Shown here piece by piece: positions 39,536 to 49,824 of a DNA stretch of 64,000 bases. Within the stretch, counting starts at the first letter, position 1; every line of letters begins with the position of its first letter. Source of the DNA: Blastocatellia bacterium (lineage in GTDB: Bacteria > Acidobacteriota > Blastocatellia > HR10 > J050); assembly GCA_025054955.1 (NCBI GenBank), contig JANWZE010000112.1, forward strand, positions 2,310 to 66,309. The letters run 5' to 3'. The position numbers were made by a program, and so were the translations under genes. The notes beneath the pieces are model-generated. The model was not told where the DNA came from. It saw nothing but the letters and a program-made list of their open reading frames with translations, and ran no database searches.

Positions 39536-40447
39536 TCATTCTGAAGAGCGCACTGTCGCTTGGTAGGCAGCGTAGAGTTGGCGAAAGATTGGCCCTGGTT
39601 GACCGTCGCCAATCGGCTCATCATCAATCTTGACCACCGCGAGCATCTCCATCATCGTGCTGCTGAGAAAGACTTCCGATGCTGCTTTGAATTCGTCCAG
39701 TGTGGCGTTCCGTTCAATCGTGTGGAGTCCGTGTTGCTGAGCAAGCTGGAGCACCAAGTTGCGTGTCACACCCGGCAGGATGTGAGGTCCGAGCAACGGC
39801 GTCACCAACGCGCCCTCGTTGAAGAAGAAGAAATTGCTGCTCGTGCCTTCAGTCACGATGCCCTGACGAACGAGCAAAGCTTCCTGCGCGCCGACGCGAT
39901 GGGCACGTTCTTTTGCCAACACGTTGGGCAGAAGATTGATGGATTTAATGTCACATCGTCCCCAGCGTTCATCAGGAAACGTTTTGACGGCAATGCCGCG
40001 TTCCCGCCACTCCAGCGGGACAGGGCGCACAGGCCGCACGGTCATCACGATGGTCGGCGGCACGCCCACCGGAAACAGATGATAACGCCGCGCGACGCCG
40101 CGAGTGATTTGCAAGTAGTACTCCGCCTCGCGCAGGCCGCTGCGGCGAATCAACTCGCGCGCCGTCTCAGCCAGTTCTGCATCAGACAGAGGAATATCGA
40201 GCTCAATCTCACGCAAACTCTGGCGCAGTCGAGCTAAATGTGGCTCGAGCGCAAACGGACGGCCATCATAGACGCGAACCACCTCATATACGCCGTCACC
40301 AAACTGAAACCCACGATCATCAATGGAAACCTTCGCGGAGGCGAAATCCATGAACTCACCGTTGAGCCATACTAACCCTTCTGATGTTGCGTGTTCTTCC
40401 GTCTGGGTCATGTCAAAACGCTCCGGCATATCGGATGGGAATGTCAA
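39536..40447 (-). CDS. class IV aminotransferase (branched-chain / D-amino-acid aminotransferase family)
   Basis: fold-type IV motifs incl. EGTSSNFFFF, PLP Lys region. Confidence 0.75.
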   Translation of the reverse strand: MTFPSDMPERFDMTQTEEHATSEGLVWLNGEFMDFASAKVSIDDRGFQFGDGVYEVVRVYDGRPFALEPHLARLRQSLREIELDIPLSDAELAETARELIRRSGLREAEYYLQITRGVARRYHLFPVGVPPTIVMTVRPVRPVPLEWRERGIAVKTFPDERWGRCDIKSINLLPNVLAKERAHRVGAQEALLVRQGIVTEGTSSNFFFFNEGALVTPLLGPHILPGVTRNLVLQLAQQHGLHTIERNATLDEFKAASEVFLSSTMMEMLAVVKIDDEPIGDGQPGPIFRQLYAAYQATVRSSE

Positions 40448-41405
40448 TCATAGTGAGCAAGCCTGGCGCCGCGCGCTGCACTAACGGGATGGCATTGACC
40501 GCCATGGCGACAGTGGCCAGATCACCGTGCGTGCCGCCGGGAATCGTCAGATGAACATCGGGAACGCCCTTGATCCAGATGGTATCAGCCGGGGCGTCGG
40601 CGCCGACGTACATGCGAAGCTCCAGAGTGAGTTTTTCTTCGCCACCCTGCGTCGCGCGACAAATCTGCTTGACGCCAGCCACCTGACCGGCAGCGACGTG
40701 CAAGTACGGCGTGGTCACATCGCGCTCAGCGATGACCGGTTCAATTGTTTCGCTGATGTCATCCAGCGGCATGTTCAGTCCATGAGCGATCATGGCCGCT
40801 GATTCGGGCAAACCGTGATGCTTGATGCGACCGGCGGCAACCTCTTGATGAAACTCTTCAACGGTCAAGCCAGCGCCGACTTTCTTCTGCAACGGAAGCC
40901 GTCGCTGCGCAGCGTCCACCACGCGCAGCACACGCACTGCGTCAACGCGTTGACAGACCGACGAGGCAGTGAGCACCAACTTGTCCATCACATAACCGGG
41001 ATTGACGCCCGTGCCCAGCACCGTCACGCCATTGGCTTTGGCCGCCGCGTCTATCCGCGCAGAAAGTTCCGGCGATTTTCTCAGCGGATAGGATAGCTCT
41101 TCGCATGTCGAAACGACATTGCTACCGGCTTCCACGCACGCAATGAGCTGGTCAACGACGTCCCTGAGATAAGACGAGGTGGAGTGAATGACTACGTCAG
41201 CCTTCCTCGCCAACACCTCAGCCGCGTTGTCTGACACAACGACGCCCCATGTCTCGTCCAGTCCAATGGCGTGAGCAAGGTCTTTCCCAACTTTGTTCGG
41301 ATCAATGTCAATGGCGCCGATGAACGCAGCATTAGGTTTTTGCTTGGCCAGCGCAACGATCGCAGCGCCAATCGGGCCGATGCCGTATTGAATCAATCGT
41401 ATCAT
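40413..41405 (-). CDS. DapB-like NAD(P)-dependent oxidoreductase (2,4-diaminopentanoate / amine dehydrogenase family)
   Basis: N-terminal Rossmann IQYGIGPIGAAI, DapB_N-like; overlaps downstream aminotransferase by 35 bp. Confidence 0.5.
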   Translation of the reverse strand: MIRLIQYGIGPIGAAIVALAKQKPNAAFIGAIDIDPNKVGKDLAHAIGLDETWGVVVSDNAAEVLARKADVVIHSTSSYLRDVVDQLIACVEAGSNVVSTCEELSYPLRKSPELSARIDAAAKANGVTVLGTGVNPGYVMDKLVLTASSVCQRVDAVRVLRVVDAAQRRLPLQKKVGAGLTVEEFHQEVAAGRIKHHGLPESAAMIAHGLNMPLDDISETIEPVIAERDVTTPYLHVAAGQVAGVKQICRATQGGEEKLTLELRMYVGADAPADTIWIKGVPDVHLTIPGGTHGDLATVAMAVNAIPLVQRAAPGLLTMIDIPIRYAGAF

Positions 41406-41497
41406 TGGATGAATCCTCTTTGTGAGAAATTGAGCAAACCAAGGCCGGTATTATAACGCGCTCTGCGCGGATCAGCTATTGCCTCATCTGTTTTTGC

Positions 41498-42544
41498 TTG
41501 TGTGCGCCGCCGGTGAATGTAGTAAACTTGCCCCGCATGTCGTGGGATACGCGCATTCTCAGTCACGCCGAGTTAAGCGCCTTTGAACAGACGACGCGCT
41601 CGATGGATTGGCCAGCGCAAGTCAGGGCGCTGATCCGTCACCAACTGGCGCACTGGCCATTGCTGGCCGAGGGCGTCGAGTCGCTTTCACAAGTATCGGT
41701 GAAAAAGCTCTGGCTGTCGGATTACTGCGTGCTCGCCCAGTTTAATCCGAAACGGCTCGCCAGCGCATCGGCAGCCGTTGACACAGTCTCCGTCCAACAG
41801 CGCCCCTGCTTTCTCTGTGATACGAATTTGCCTGCAGAGGAAAAAGGCTTGGCCTACGGCGATGATCTGGTGATCCTGTGCAATCCATTTCCAATCGTGA
41901 GCCATCATCTTTCTATTGTGCACCGATGTCATATCGAGCAGACGATCATTGGAGAGTTTGAGCGCGTGCTCGAGCTGGCCAAAGACCTGTCGCCTGATTG
42001 GTTCATTCTCTACAACGGCCCGCAATGCGGCGCATCGGCGCCCGATCATTTCCATGTGCAGGCTGGCGCGCGTCAAGGATTGCCGCTGGAGCGCCACGTG
42101 ACGCAGCTTCGCATGCGCTCAGTCTCCCACGCCGATGAGGTTCACGTGGTCACGCCTGAGCAATACCATCTGAATCTGCTCATCGCTCAGGGAGCAAATG
42201 GTCAGGCGCTCGCTCGGTGGTTCTACCAAGCAATCCATCTGTTGACTGAACTCACGGCCAGCCCTGCTGAACCGCTCATCAACCTAATTGTGACGTTCGA
42301 CCAACCAAGCTGGAACGTCTACCTGTTCCCGCGCGCCAAGCATCGTCCGGCGTGCTACTTTGCTGAAGGGGACGACAAGCTGCTGGTCAGTCCCGGCGCG
42401 ATTGATCTGGCCGGTTACGTGGTCGTTCCCATCGAAGCGCACTTTCGCAAAATTGATGCGCCGACTGTCAAGCAGATTTTCTCGGAAGTCACGCTCAGCT
42501 CGAATGTGTTCACTCAGCTCGTTGAACGGTTGAGGAGCTTATGA
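41498..42544 (+). CDS. GalT-branch HIT-superfamily nucleotidyltransferase/phosphorylase-like protein
   Basis: CFLCDTN (cf. GalT zinc motif CFLCAGN) and HFHVQ (HxHxQ); 348 aa; start may be internal ATG ~41537. Confidence 0.5.
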   Translation: MCAPPVNVVNLPRMSWDTRILSHAELSAFEQTTRSMDWPAQVRALIRHQLAHWPLLAEGVESLSQVSVKKLWLSDYCVLAQFNPKRLASASAAVDTVSVQQRPCFLCDTNLPAEEKGLAYGDDLVILCNPFPIVSHHLSIVHRCHIEQTIIGEFERVLELAKDLSPDWFILYNGPQCGASAPDHFHVQAGARQGLPLERHVTQLRMRSVSHADEVHVVTPEQYHLNLLIAQGANGQALARWFYQAIHLLTELTASPAEPLINLIVTFDQPSWNVYLFPRAKHRPACYFAEGDDKLLVSPGAIDLAGYVVVPIEAHFRKIDAPTVKQIFSEVTLSSNVFTQLVERLRSL

Positions 42545-43962
42545 ACGTTTTCACTGATGAACCGACTATCGCTGTCGGTTTGCTGACGGGCGTCAAGGAA
42601 GTTCATTTCGAGCTTTCCGGCGAATTCCAAACAACGACCAGACAAAGCCTGCGGCCAGGCCAGTATCAGGCTGTCGAAGAGCAGGGGCGCGTTCGCGTCA
42701 TTGGTCCTGCCGGCGAACCGGCGGTTGATGCGCCCGTTGTCATCTTGATGCCACGTGAGCTTTCATCCAGCTCGTTTACGCTGGGCGTCACAATTGGGAT
42801 TGACTTCCATTGGCAGCGCCAGCAGCGGCAGAGCTTTCGTGGCACGCTCAAACTGATGGCGCTACATGAACGGGGCTTGACGGTGATTAACCAAATTCCT
42901 TTGGAGTCGTATTTGATCAGCGTCATTGCGTCCGAGATGAGCGCGCTGTGTCCATTGGAGTTGTTGAAAGCCCATGCGGTCGTCTCTCGCAGTTGGCTGC
43001 TAGCTCAGTTGCAGAAGACAGAAGACCGGAGCCACGAATCACGAACCCCAAACCACGAATCACGAACCACGAACCACGAATCACGGATCACGCATCACGG
43101 ATCACGGATCGTGGATCACGAACCACGACCCACGATCCACGAACTCATCCGTTGGTATGATCGGGAAAGTCACGCTGACTTCGACGTCTGCGCTGACGAC
43201 CATTGTCAGCGGTATCAGGGCATCGGCAGAGCTTTTTCTTCAACCGTGTTCGATGCAGTTGAGCAAACGCGCGGGCTGGTGCTAGTTCACGGTCAAGACA
43301 TTTGTGACACGCGCTTTTCTAAGTGTTGTGGTGGCATGTCAGAAAATTATCGCGCTGCATGGCAGGACGTAGAGGTTCCCTATCTGGTCGGCGTCTATGA
43401 TGGGCCGGACTGGCCTGCCGGCTATGGACTGCCGCTGACCGAAGAAGCAAATGCTGAGCGTTGGATCACCGGCGCGCCGCCGGCCTACTGTCATACATCG
43501 GACGCAACGATCATAGAAGAAATCCTGCCCGACTTTGATCAGGAGACGCGTGACTTTTATCGCTGGCAAGTCTGTTACGCGCAAGATGAACTACAAGCGC
43601 TGTTGCGTCAGAAATTGGGTTTTGATCTGGGCAGCGTCATCTCGCTGGAAGCTATTGAGCGGGGCGTTTCGGGTCGTATCGTGAGATTGAAGATTGTCGG
43701 CGACAAGATGAGCATCGTTGTTGGAAAAGAGTTGGAAATCCGCCGCGCGTTGTCGCCATCACACCTGTATAGCTCAGCATTTATCGTTCGCGCTGAAGAG
43801 GCGGGGCGCGTGCCCGAACGATTTCGTTTGATCGGCGCGGGTTGGGGACATGGCGTTGGGCTGTGCCAGATCGGCGCGGCGGTGATGGCGCGGCAAGGAA
43901 AATCCTATCGGGAAATTCTCACTCACTACTATCGCGGCAGCTCGTGGCGCATATTGTATTAG
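42541..43962 (+). CDS. SpoIID/LytB-domain protein
   Basis: SpoIID signature DFDVCADDHCQRYQG; 4-bp overlap with upstream gene; contains heptad His/Arg-rich low-complexity insert. Confidence 0.65.
   Translation: MNVFTDEPTIAVGLLTGVKEVHFELSGEFQTTTRQSLRPGQYQAVEEQGRVRVIGPAGEPAVDAPVVILMPRELSSSSFTLGVTIGIDFHWQRQQRQSFRGTLKLMALHERGLTVINQIPLESYLISVIASEMSALCPLELLKAHAVVSRSWLLAQLQKTEDRSHESRTPNHESRTTNHESRITHHGSRIVDHEPRPTIHELIRWYDRESHADFDVCADDHCQRYQGIGRAFSSTVFDAVEQTRGLVLVHGQDICDTRFSKCCGGMSENYRAAWQDVEVPYLVGVYDGPDWPAGYGLPLTEEANAERWITGAPPAYCHTSDATIIEEILPDFDQETRDFYRWQVCYAQDELQALLRQKLGFDLGSVISLEAIERGVSGRIVRLKIVGDKMSIVVGKELEIRRALSPSHLYSSAFIVRAEEAGRVPERFRLIGAGWGHGVGLCQIGAAVMARQGKSYREILTHYYRGSSWRILY
43033..43144 (+). 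repeat. 7-bp microsatellite (CACGRAY)x16 inside SpoIID-like CDS
   Basis: cacgaat cacgaac cccaaac cacgaat cacgaac cacgaac cacgaat cacggat cacgcat cacggat cacggat cgtggat cacgaac cacgacc cacgatc cacgaac. Confidence 0.85.
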
Positions 43963-44117
43963 CCGCGCTTGTCGGTCTGAGTTTATGCCAATTGCGGAGG
44001 AAGAGACCGCCTTCTTTGTTGGGACGCTGCTGTGTGAACGCTTGCTGAGGTGTCATGTTTTTGTGTCGCAGCGAAGCACGTTTGTAGGGGCGTCGCTGTA
44101 TGGATGCCCGCTGAGAG

Positions 44118-44310
44118 GGCAGCTAGACGTGCAACGTCTGGGTAGGCGTCACCCTTAATCGTTCGCGCCTTCGATAGCCGCCACCTCGGTCTCCCATCGG
44201 CTCGTTCATGCTCTCCCGTCGCTGGCGGCCACAAACGCGCTGCTCTGGCGCGTCTCAAACGCGCCACGCTGGCTTGCTTTGCTGCTGGAGACGTTGCATG
44301 TCTGGCTACC
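44118..44310 (-). repeat. MITE-like TIR element copy C (inverted orientation, diverged)
   Basis: CTAGACGTgcaaCGTCTGG ... gagacgttgcatgTCTGGCTACC; internal segment matches reverse complement of copy A (cgttcatgc..., gcgcgtctcaaacgcgcc). Confidence 0.55.
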
Positions 44311-44488
44311 TTCTTGCAGGCTGCTTGCGCGGCCTCTGGTGGGTGAACCACCATCATGATAACTTCATAAAATGCCCACAGAAGATCGTAGACTGCCGCT
44401 TGGGAGATTCTGTTCCTGCTCTCCCATGTCACTTGGTCAAATATGGTCTTTCGTTGGACTATTGGTGTAAGCTCACCGGCAAATCGCT

Positions 44489-47400
44489 CTAGCGAAATGT
44501 CGGCATGGACTCCAATTCTTCTAATTCATCTTCGGGTAGGAGCGGTTCCGGCTGAGCCTTGCGCCAGCGACGCAAGCGATTATTCAACCAGTTCTGCGCG
44601 TCGTCGAACAAGGTGTACATGACGGGAATCACCAACAGCGTGATGAGCAAACAAAGAGTTTGTCCGCCAATGACCACGATCGAAACAGGACGTCGCAACG
44701 AGGAGCCGGGACCGAAGCTGAACGCCATCGGCAGCATGCCGGCGACGATGGTGATCGTCGTCATCAAGATCGGTCGTAAGCGATCGCGATTGCCCTGGAT
44801 AACCGCTTCGTGACGAGGGACACCCGCTCGTCGCAGCGCATTCATGTGATCAACCTGAAGGATCGAATTCTTTTTCACAATGCCGAGCAAGAGCAGCAGT
44901 CCCACTGCCGAGAAAATGTTGAGCGTTTCGTTCGTCAGATAGAGCGAGAGCAAAGCGAACGGAATGCTCAGCGGCAGGCTGATCATGATGGTGACAGCGT
45001 CCAGATAACTCTCAAACTGCGCGGCCAGGATCATGTACATGAAAATGACGGAGAGCACAAAAGCGATGAAGAAATTCTGCATCGCGCGGCCGAGCTCGCG
45101 GCCACGGCCGGTCAACACAGAAGAGTAACCGGGCGCTAAGCCCATGCGGCTGGTCTCAGCTTTGAGCCGATCCTGAACCTCAGCCAGCGCGATGTTTGTG
45201 CCTTCGATATTGGCCAACAACGTCAACTGCCGTTGCCGATTGAGCCGTTCCACTTGGGCTGGACCGGTGCGCTCATAGAGCTTGACAAGGTTGACCAGCG
45301 GCACGTTTTCTCCACGCGCCGACGGCACATAGATGCTATTGATCAGCGACGGATCGTTACGGAATTCCGGCGCCACGCGCAGCCGCACCTCGTACAACTC
45401 ATCGCCTTCACGCAAAGGTTGCGTGATGCGGTTGTCGCCTTCATAGACGGTGCGCAGGCTACGGGCCACATCCTCGACGCTGACGCCTAGTTGCGCTGCC
45501 CGTTCGCGGTCAATGGTCACACCGATTTCAGGCTTGCCCGTTTCCAACGTCGAGTCCACGTCTACAATGCCTGGGATTGACCGAAGAAAGTTTTGTAAGT
45601 GCTCGGAATACCGCGCCAATTGGGCTAGATCAGGTCCCTGCAAGGTGTATTGCACGGCTGCTGCACGAAATCCGCCGCCAGCAATGGTGGCCACATTTTG
45701 CACACTGGTCCGCAACTGAGGATATTTCTTGAGCAATCGTCGAGCTTGCGCCATCACGTCGAATTGCGTGTAATCGCGTTGGCGTAAATCGGTCAATGTG
45801 ACGTAGAGCGCGCCGTTGTTGACCCGTTGTTGGCTGCCAGCGCCAATGCTGGTGAGGATGCTGACGACGCCGGGCAGTGAACGCAGGTCGCGTTCGATCT
45901 GCTGCATAATCGTATCCATGCCTTGCAGCGAAGTGCCTTCTGGCGCGCGCACCGTCACCTCGAATTGATTTTCATCCTCAAACGGAATGAAGTCTTTGCC
46001 CAACGCCATCGCCAGCGGAACAGTGGAGATGACAATCAACGTGGCTACCAACACTGTCGCGCCGCGATGGCGCAAGCTCCACTCCAGCAGCCACAGGTAG
46101 CCCTGTTCTATCCAGCGATAGAATCTCCGCTCCTTGCTGGCCACCGTCCGCCCATGCGCATTTTGGCGTGCCTTGAGAAATCGCGCGCATAACATCGGCG
46201 TCAGCGTGAAACTGACAAACAGCGAGACCATGATGGCAAAGGCCGAGGTTAGCCCGAAGCTCTTCATGAACCGCCCCACGATGCCCGACATGAATGCCAC
46301 CGGCAAGAAGATCACGGCCAGCGACAATGTCGTTGCCATGACGGCCAATCCAATCTCCTGGGTCGCTTCCTTGGCTGCCCGGCGCGGTGATTTGCCTTTC
46401 TCCTCAATATGCCGATAAATGTTTTCCAGGACAACGATGGCATCATCAATGACAATGCCGATCATCAACGCCAGGGCCAACATCGTCTGTGAATTCAGCG
46501 TGAAGTCGGCGTAGTACATCAGCGCGAACGTAGAGATAATCGAGATGGGAATGGCCAGGCCGGCGATTACTGTCGAACGCCAATTCCACATGAAGAGCAA
46601 CACGACTAACGCGGCCAGAATGCCGCCTTCAATCAAGTGATCGCGAATCGCCTCAAATGACGAATTGATGTAAGCAGACTGATCACGAATGACGCGCACG
46701 GTGATGTCCGGCGGCAGCGATGGGAGAAGCCCGTTGAGCCGGGCCTTGACGGCCTCGATGACCTGCACCGTATTGGCGCCCGATTGTTTGCGCACGTCAA
46801 GCAGCACCGCCGGTTGACCGTCCAACCGCGCCAGCGTCCGCGGGTCTTCGATGGAATCAACGACATAACCAATGTGAGAAAATCGTATCGGCGCGCCGCC
46901 GCGCTCGGTGATGATGATATTCTCAAAGTCGGCTGGCTGCTCAATGCGGCCTAGTGTGCGCACGGTCACTTCGCGTTGACCTGCTTCAATACGTCCGCCG
47001 GGTATCTCCACGTTTTGACTAGCCAAGGCGCGGCGCAATTGCGGGATGGTAATCCCATAAGCGACCAGTTTCTTCGGATCGAAATAAACTTGAATCTCGC
47101 GCTTGCGGCCGCCAATCAGGCGAATCTGACCGACACCAGAGGTTGATTCCAATACTTCCTTCAATTGTCTCTCAGCGATTTCGGTGATCTCGCGCAGGTC
47201 GCGCGGGCCTGAAACAGCCAGCGACATGATCGGCGAGGCATCAGTATCCAGCTTCTCGATGATCGGTGGATCGGTTCCTTCAGGAAAGTCTCGCAGAATG
47301 CGACTGACACGGTCACGCACATCTTGCGCGGCCGTTGCCACATCGCGCTCCAGCGCAAATGTGACGATAACCTGCGAGACCCCTTCGACGGTCACCGAAC

Positions 47401-47641
47401 GCAGCTCGTCAATCCCTTCAATCGTGTTGACGGCCTCTTCGACGCGCTTGGTGATCTGCGTTTCGACCTCTTCCGGCGAAGCGCCCGGCAACACGGTGGT
47501 GATGGTGACAATGGGAAAGTCAACGCGAGGAAAACGGTCCACACCGAGTCGCAGGTAAGAGAACCCGCCAATAACCACCAGCGCAGCGATCATCATGACG
47601 GTAAAGACAGGACGACGAATGCAGACTTCAGCCAGCTTCAT
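44489..47641 (-). CDS. RND efflux transporter permease (AcrB/CzcA family)
   Basis: 1050 aa, 12 TM with two large periplasmic loops, RND signature regions. Confidence 0.85.
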   Translation of the reverse strand: MKLAEVCIRRPVFTVMMIAALVVIGGFSYLRLGVDRFPRVDFPIVTITTVLPGASPEEVETQITKRVEEAVNTIEGIDELRSVTVEGVSQVIVTFALERDVATAAQDVRDRVSRILRDFPEGTDPPIIEKLDTDASPIMSLAVSGPRDLREITEIAERQLKEVLESTSGVGQIRLIGGRKREIQVYFDPKKLVAYGITIPQLRRALASQNVEIPGGRIEAGQREVTVRTLGRIEQPADFENIIITERGGAPIRFSHIGYVVDSIEDPRTLARLDGQPAVLLDVRKQSGANTVQVIEAVKARLNGLLPSLPPDITVRVIRDQSAYINSSFEAIRDHLIEGGILAALVVLLFMWNWRSTVIAGLAIPISIISTFALMYYADFTLNSQTMLALALMIGIVIDDAIVVLENIYRHIEEKGKSPRRAAKEATQEIGLAVMATTLSLAVIFLPVAFMSGIVGRFMKSFGLTSAFAIMVSLFVSFTLTPMLCARFLKARQNAHGRTVASKERRFYRWIEQGYLWLLEWSLRHRGATVLVATLIVISTVPLAMALGKDFIPFEDENQFEVTVRAPEGTSLQGMDTIMQQIERDLRSLPGVVSILTSIGAGSQQRVNNGALYVTLTDLRQRDYTQFDVMAQARRLLKKYPQLRTSVQNVATIAGGGFRAAAVQYTLQGPDLAQLARYSEHLQNFLRSIPGIVDVDSTLETGKPEIGVTIDRERAAQLGVSVEDVARSLRTVYEGDNRITQPLREGDELYEVRLRVAPEFRNDPSLINSIYVPSARGENVPLVNLVKLYERTGPAQVERLNRQRQLTLLANIEGTNIALAEVQDRLKAETSRMGLAPGYSSVLTGRGRELGRAMQNFFIAFVLSVIFMYMILAAQFESYLDAVTIMISLPLSIPFALLSLYLTNETLNIFSAVGLLLLLGIVKKNSILQVDHMNALRRAGVPRHEAVIQGNRDRLRPILMTTITIVAGMLPMAFSFGPGSSLRRPVSIVVIGGQTLCLLITLLVIPVMYTLFDDAQNWLNNRLRRWRKAQPEPLLPEDELEELESMPTFR

Positions 47642-47644
47642 GCC

Positions 47645-48850
47645 TCACCCTCCGAGCGTGACCCGCGCGCCATCAAACAGCGAGCCAGCATTCTCGATCA
47701 CCACCTGTTCACCTGATTTCACGCCCTCTTGCACTTCGATGAACCCATCAAGGTTCATCCCCAGCTTGACCTGCCGCTCAACGACATGATCACCGTCGAG
47801 CACAAACACCTTGCTGATGCCGACATACGTCACCACGGCGCTCTGGGGCACGACTACCACCGTGGCCTGAGGATTAACAACCAGCCGAGCGCGAGCGAAA
47901 TAACCGGGTCGGAGCTCGCCGCTGTGATTGTCCACTTCGGCTTCAATGGTCAGCGTCCGTGTCTCTGGATTGACAACCGGATTGATGCGCGTGACGCGGC
48001 CTTGAAAAACCTTGCCCGACAACGCATCCACATTGAATGACAGCGGGCGACCGACAGCGACGTTGGCAGCAAATGGTTCGGGCACTTCGCCACGCAGGCG
48101 CAGCGGATTGAGCTTGACCAGTGTGACGACACGGTCGCCAGCCCTGACACGCTCGCCGGCCGAGACGTGCCGCGCCGTCACGCCGCCCGCGATCGGCGCG
48201 CGGATGTCTGTTTTCTCCAGATTCAGCCGAGCCAGCGCCAGCGCCGCGCGCCGTTGTTCAAGTTGCATCCACAGATGGCGAGCTTCTTCCAATGCGCTTT
48301 GATACTGCGCTTCGGCAATGCGAAAATTGGCTTCGGCTTGATCTAGCTCCTGCTGTGAAATGACGTTTTCTTCTCGAAGCTGACGCAAGCGGTTCAACCG
48401 TAGCACACGGTCATCCAACGACGCTTTGGCTTGTTTGACCATCGCCGTTTGGTGTGGATCAAAGGTCTCTTGTCCTTCAGGGATGCCCAGTCGAACCCAG
48501 ATTTGTTTAAGCGCCGCCTCAGCCTCCTGCAGTCGCAATTGAAAATCGCGTTTGTCAACATGGGCGATGACCTGCCCTGGACGAACTACGCTGCCGATGT
48601 CCACCGTGATCTGCGCGATGACACCTTCCACTTCACTGCTCACGATCACTTCATCATCGGTTGCCAGGACGCCAACAATTTCAATCGTCCGGGCTACTGT
48701 TCGCGCTTGAGCCGGCGCAACCCGGACCGTCGCCACTGTCGCCGGTTGCGCATTGGCGCTGGCCGGAGGCTGATCGCCCTTGCTTGAGCACCCGGCGCCA
48801 CCGAGCGCGAGCATGATACCACAGCACGCCACCATCCAACTTCGACTCAT
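47645..48850 (-). CDS. RND efflux membrane fusion protein (HlyD/AcrA family)
   Basis: lipoprotein-like N-terminus (ALGGAGCSS), coiled-coil hairpin, beta-barrel domains. Confidence 0.8.
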   Translation of the reverse strand: MSRSWMVACCGIMLALGGAGCSSKGDQPPASANAQPATVATVRVAPAQARTVARTIEIVGVLATDDEVIVSSEVEGVIAQITVDIGSVVRPGQVIAHVDKRDFQLRLQEAEAALKQIWVRLGIPEGQETFDPHQTAMVKQAKASLDDRVLRLNRLRQLREENVISQQELDQAEANFRIAEAQYQSALEEARHLWMQLEQRRAALALARLNLEKTDIRAPIAGGVTARHVSAGERVRAGDRVVTLVKLNPLRLRGEVPEPFAANVAVGRPLSFNVDALSGKVFQGRVTRINPVVNPETRTLTIEAEVDNHSGELRPGYFARARLVVNPQATVVVVPQSAVVTYVGISKVFVLDGDHVVERQVKLGMNLDGFIEVQEGVKSGEQVVIENAGSLFDGARVTLGG

Positions 48851-49521
48851 GATGACTTCTTCTCCTTCTTCGATTGCAACACGCCATGCAAGAAGACTTG
48901 CGCAAACAATCGCGCTGCTTGGCGACTGCTGAGCTTCACAATCTTGCCCTCCGGATCGAATAACTCTCTGACCTGCGCCTGGTAAACAACCATGCCGAAA
49001 AATGCTCGCGCCATCGCCTTGGGCTCTACGGGACGATAAACGCCGTCTTTGATGCGTCGGGCGATGTAATCGGCAATGAACTGGAAATTCGGTGCGGCCT
49101 GCGACTGAAAAAACATCCGGCTCAGCTCATGCCCCTCCAACGCGCTGTGCAACAAGAGGCGCAAGAAAGTCCCATCCTGACGGTGCAATTCCAGAAGGCC
49201 ATAGGCGAGGTCTTCAAACAGCGCTTCGTCATCCAGGCGCTCAATGTCGCGTTCGAGCACGCTGCGTATCTTCTGTTGATACTCGCTCATCTTGAAATCA
49301 ATGATGGCTGAATACAAATCCTGCTTGGTGGGAAAATGACGAAAGATCAACGCTTCGTTGACGCCTGCTGCTGTGGCGATTTCTTTGGTCGTCGTCCCTT
49401 TGAATCCCTTTTGAGCGAACTGTTGCATCGCCGTGCGAATGATTTGCTGCCGTCGGTCGGCGGCGGTCATGCGCAATGGCTTCGCTCGTTGTTCAGTCAC
49501 TGCCAGTCCTGGTGCGGCCAT
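48847..49521 (-). CDS. TetR-family transcriptional regulator
   Basis: HTH FAQKGFKGTTTKEIATAAGVNEALIFRHFPTKQDL; start set at ATG 49521 (RBS GGAG). Confidence 0.8.
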   Translation of the reverse strand: MAAPGLAVTEQRAKPLRMTAADRRQQIIRTAMQQFAQKGFKGTTTKEIATAAGVNEALIFRHFPTKQDLYSAIIDFKMSEYQQKIRSVLERDIERLDDEALFEDLAYGLLELHRQDGTFLRLLLHSALEGHELSRMFFQSQAAPNFQFIADYIARRIKDGVYRPVEPKAMARAFFGMVVYQAQVRELFDPEGKIVKLSSRQAARLFAQVFLHGVLQSKKEKKSS

Positions 49522-49544
49522 AGTCTTGGTCTCCTCGACGAAAA

Positions 49545-49560
49545 GTAAGTAACTACTTAC
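49545..49560 (+). promoter_or_regulatory. candidate TetR operator palindrome GTAAGTA-nn-TACTTAC
   Basis: gtaagtaactacttac, 24 bp upstream of tetR start, first gene of tetR-MFP-RND operon. Confidence 0.45.
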
Positions 49561-49824
49561 CACGTTTTCCAGAATCTGGCAAGAGGCTTGCCGCGAATTC
49601 CTGCTGGGACGTGGTGCGCGCTCGGCCGATGGATCGTTGCGCGAGAGGCGACGTGCGCGTTTCCGGTGAATTACACAGTGCACCGGGCACACCACGACGG
49701 ATGAAAAAGAAATTCTTCCGCGTCGGCGGCCGTGTTTTGTAGGCTATTTGGAGAGACGAAACCGATTCTTCCTAATGTAGGAGAATCGGCGTGAGTTCAT
49801 GCAATCTGTGATTTTGAACAAGAG

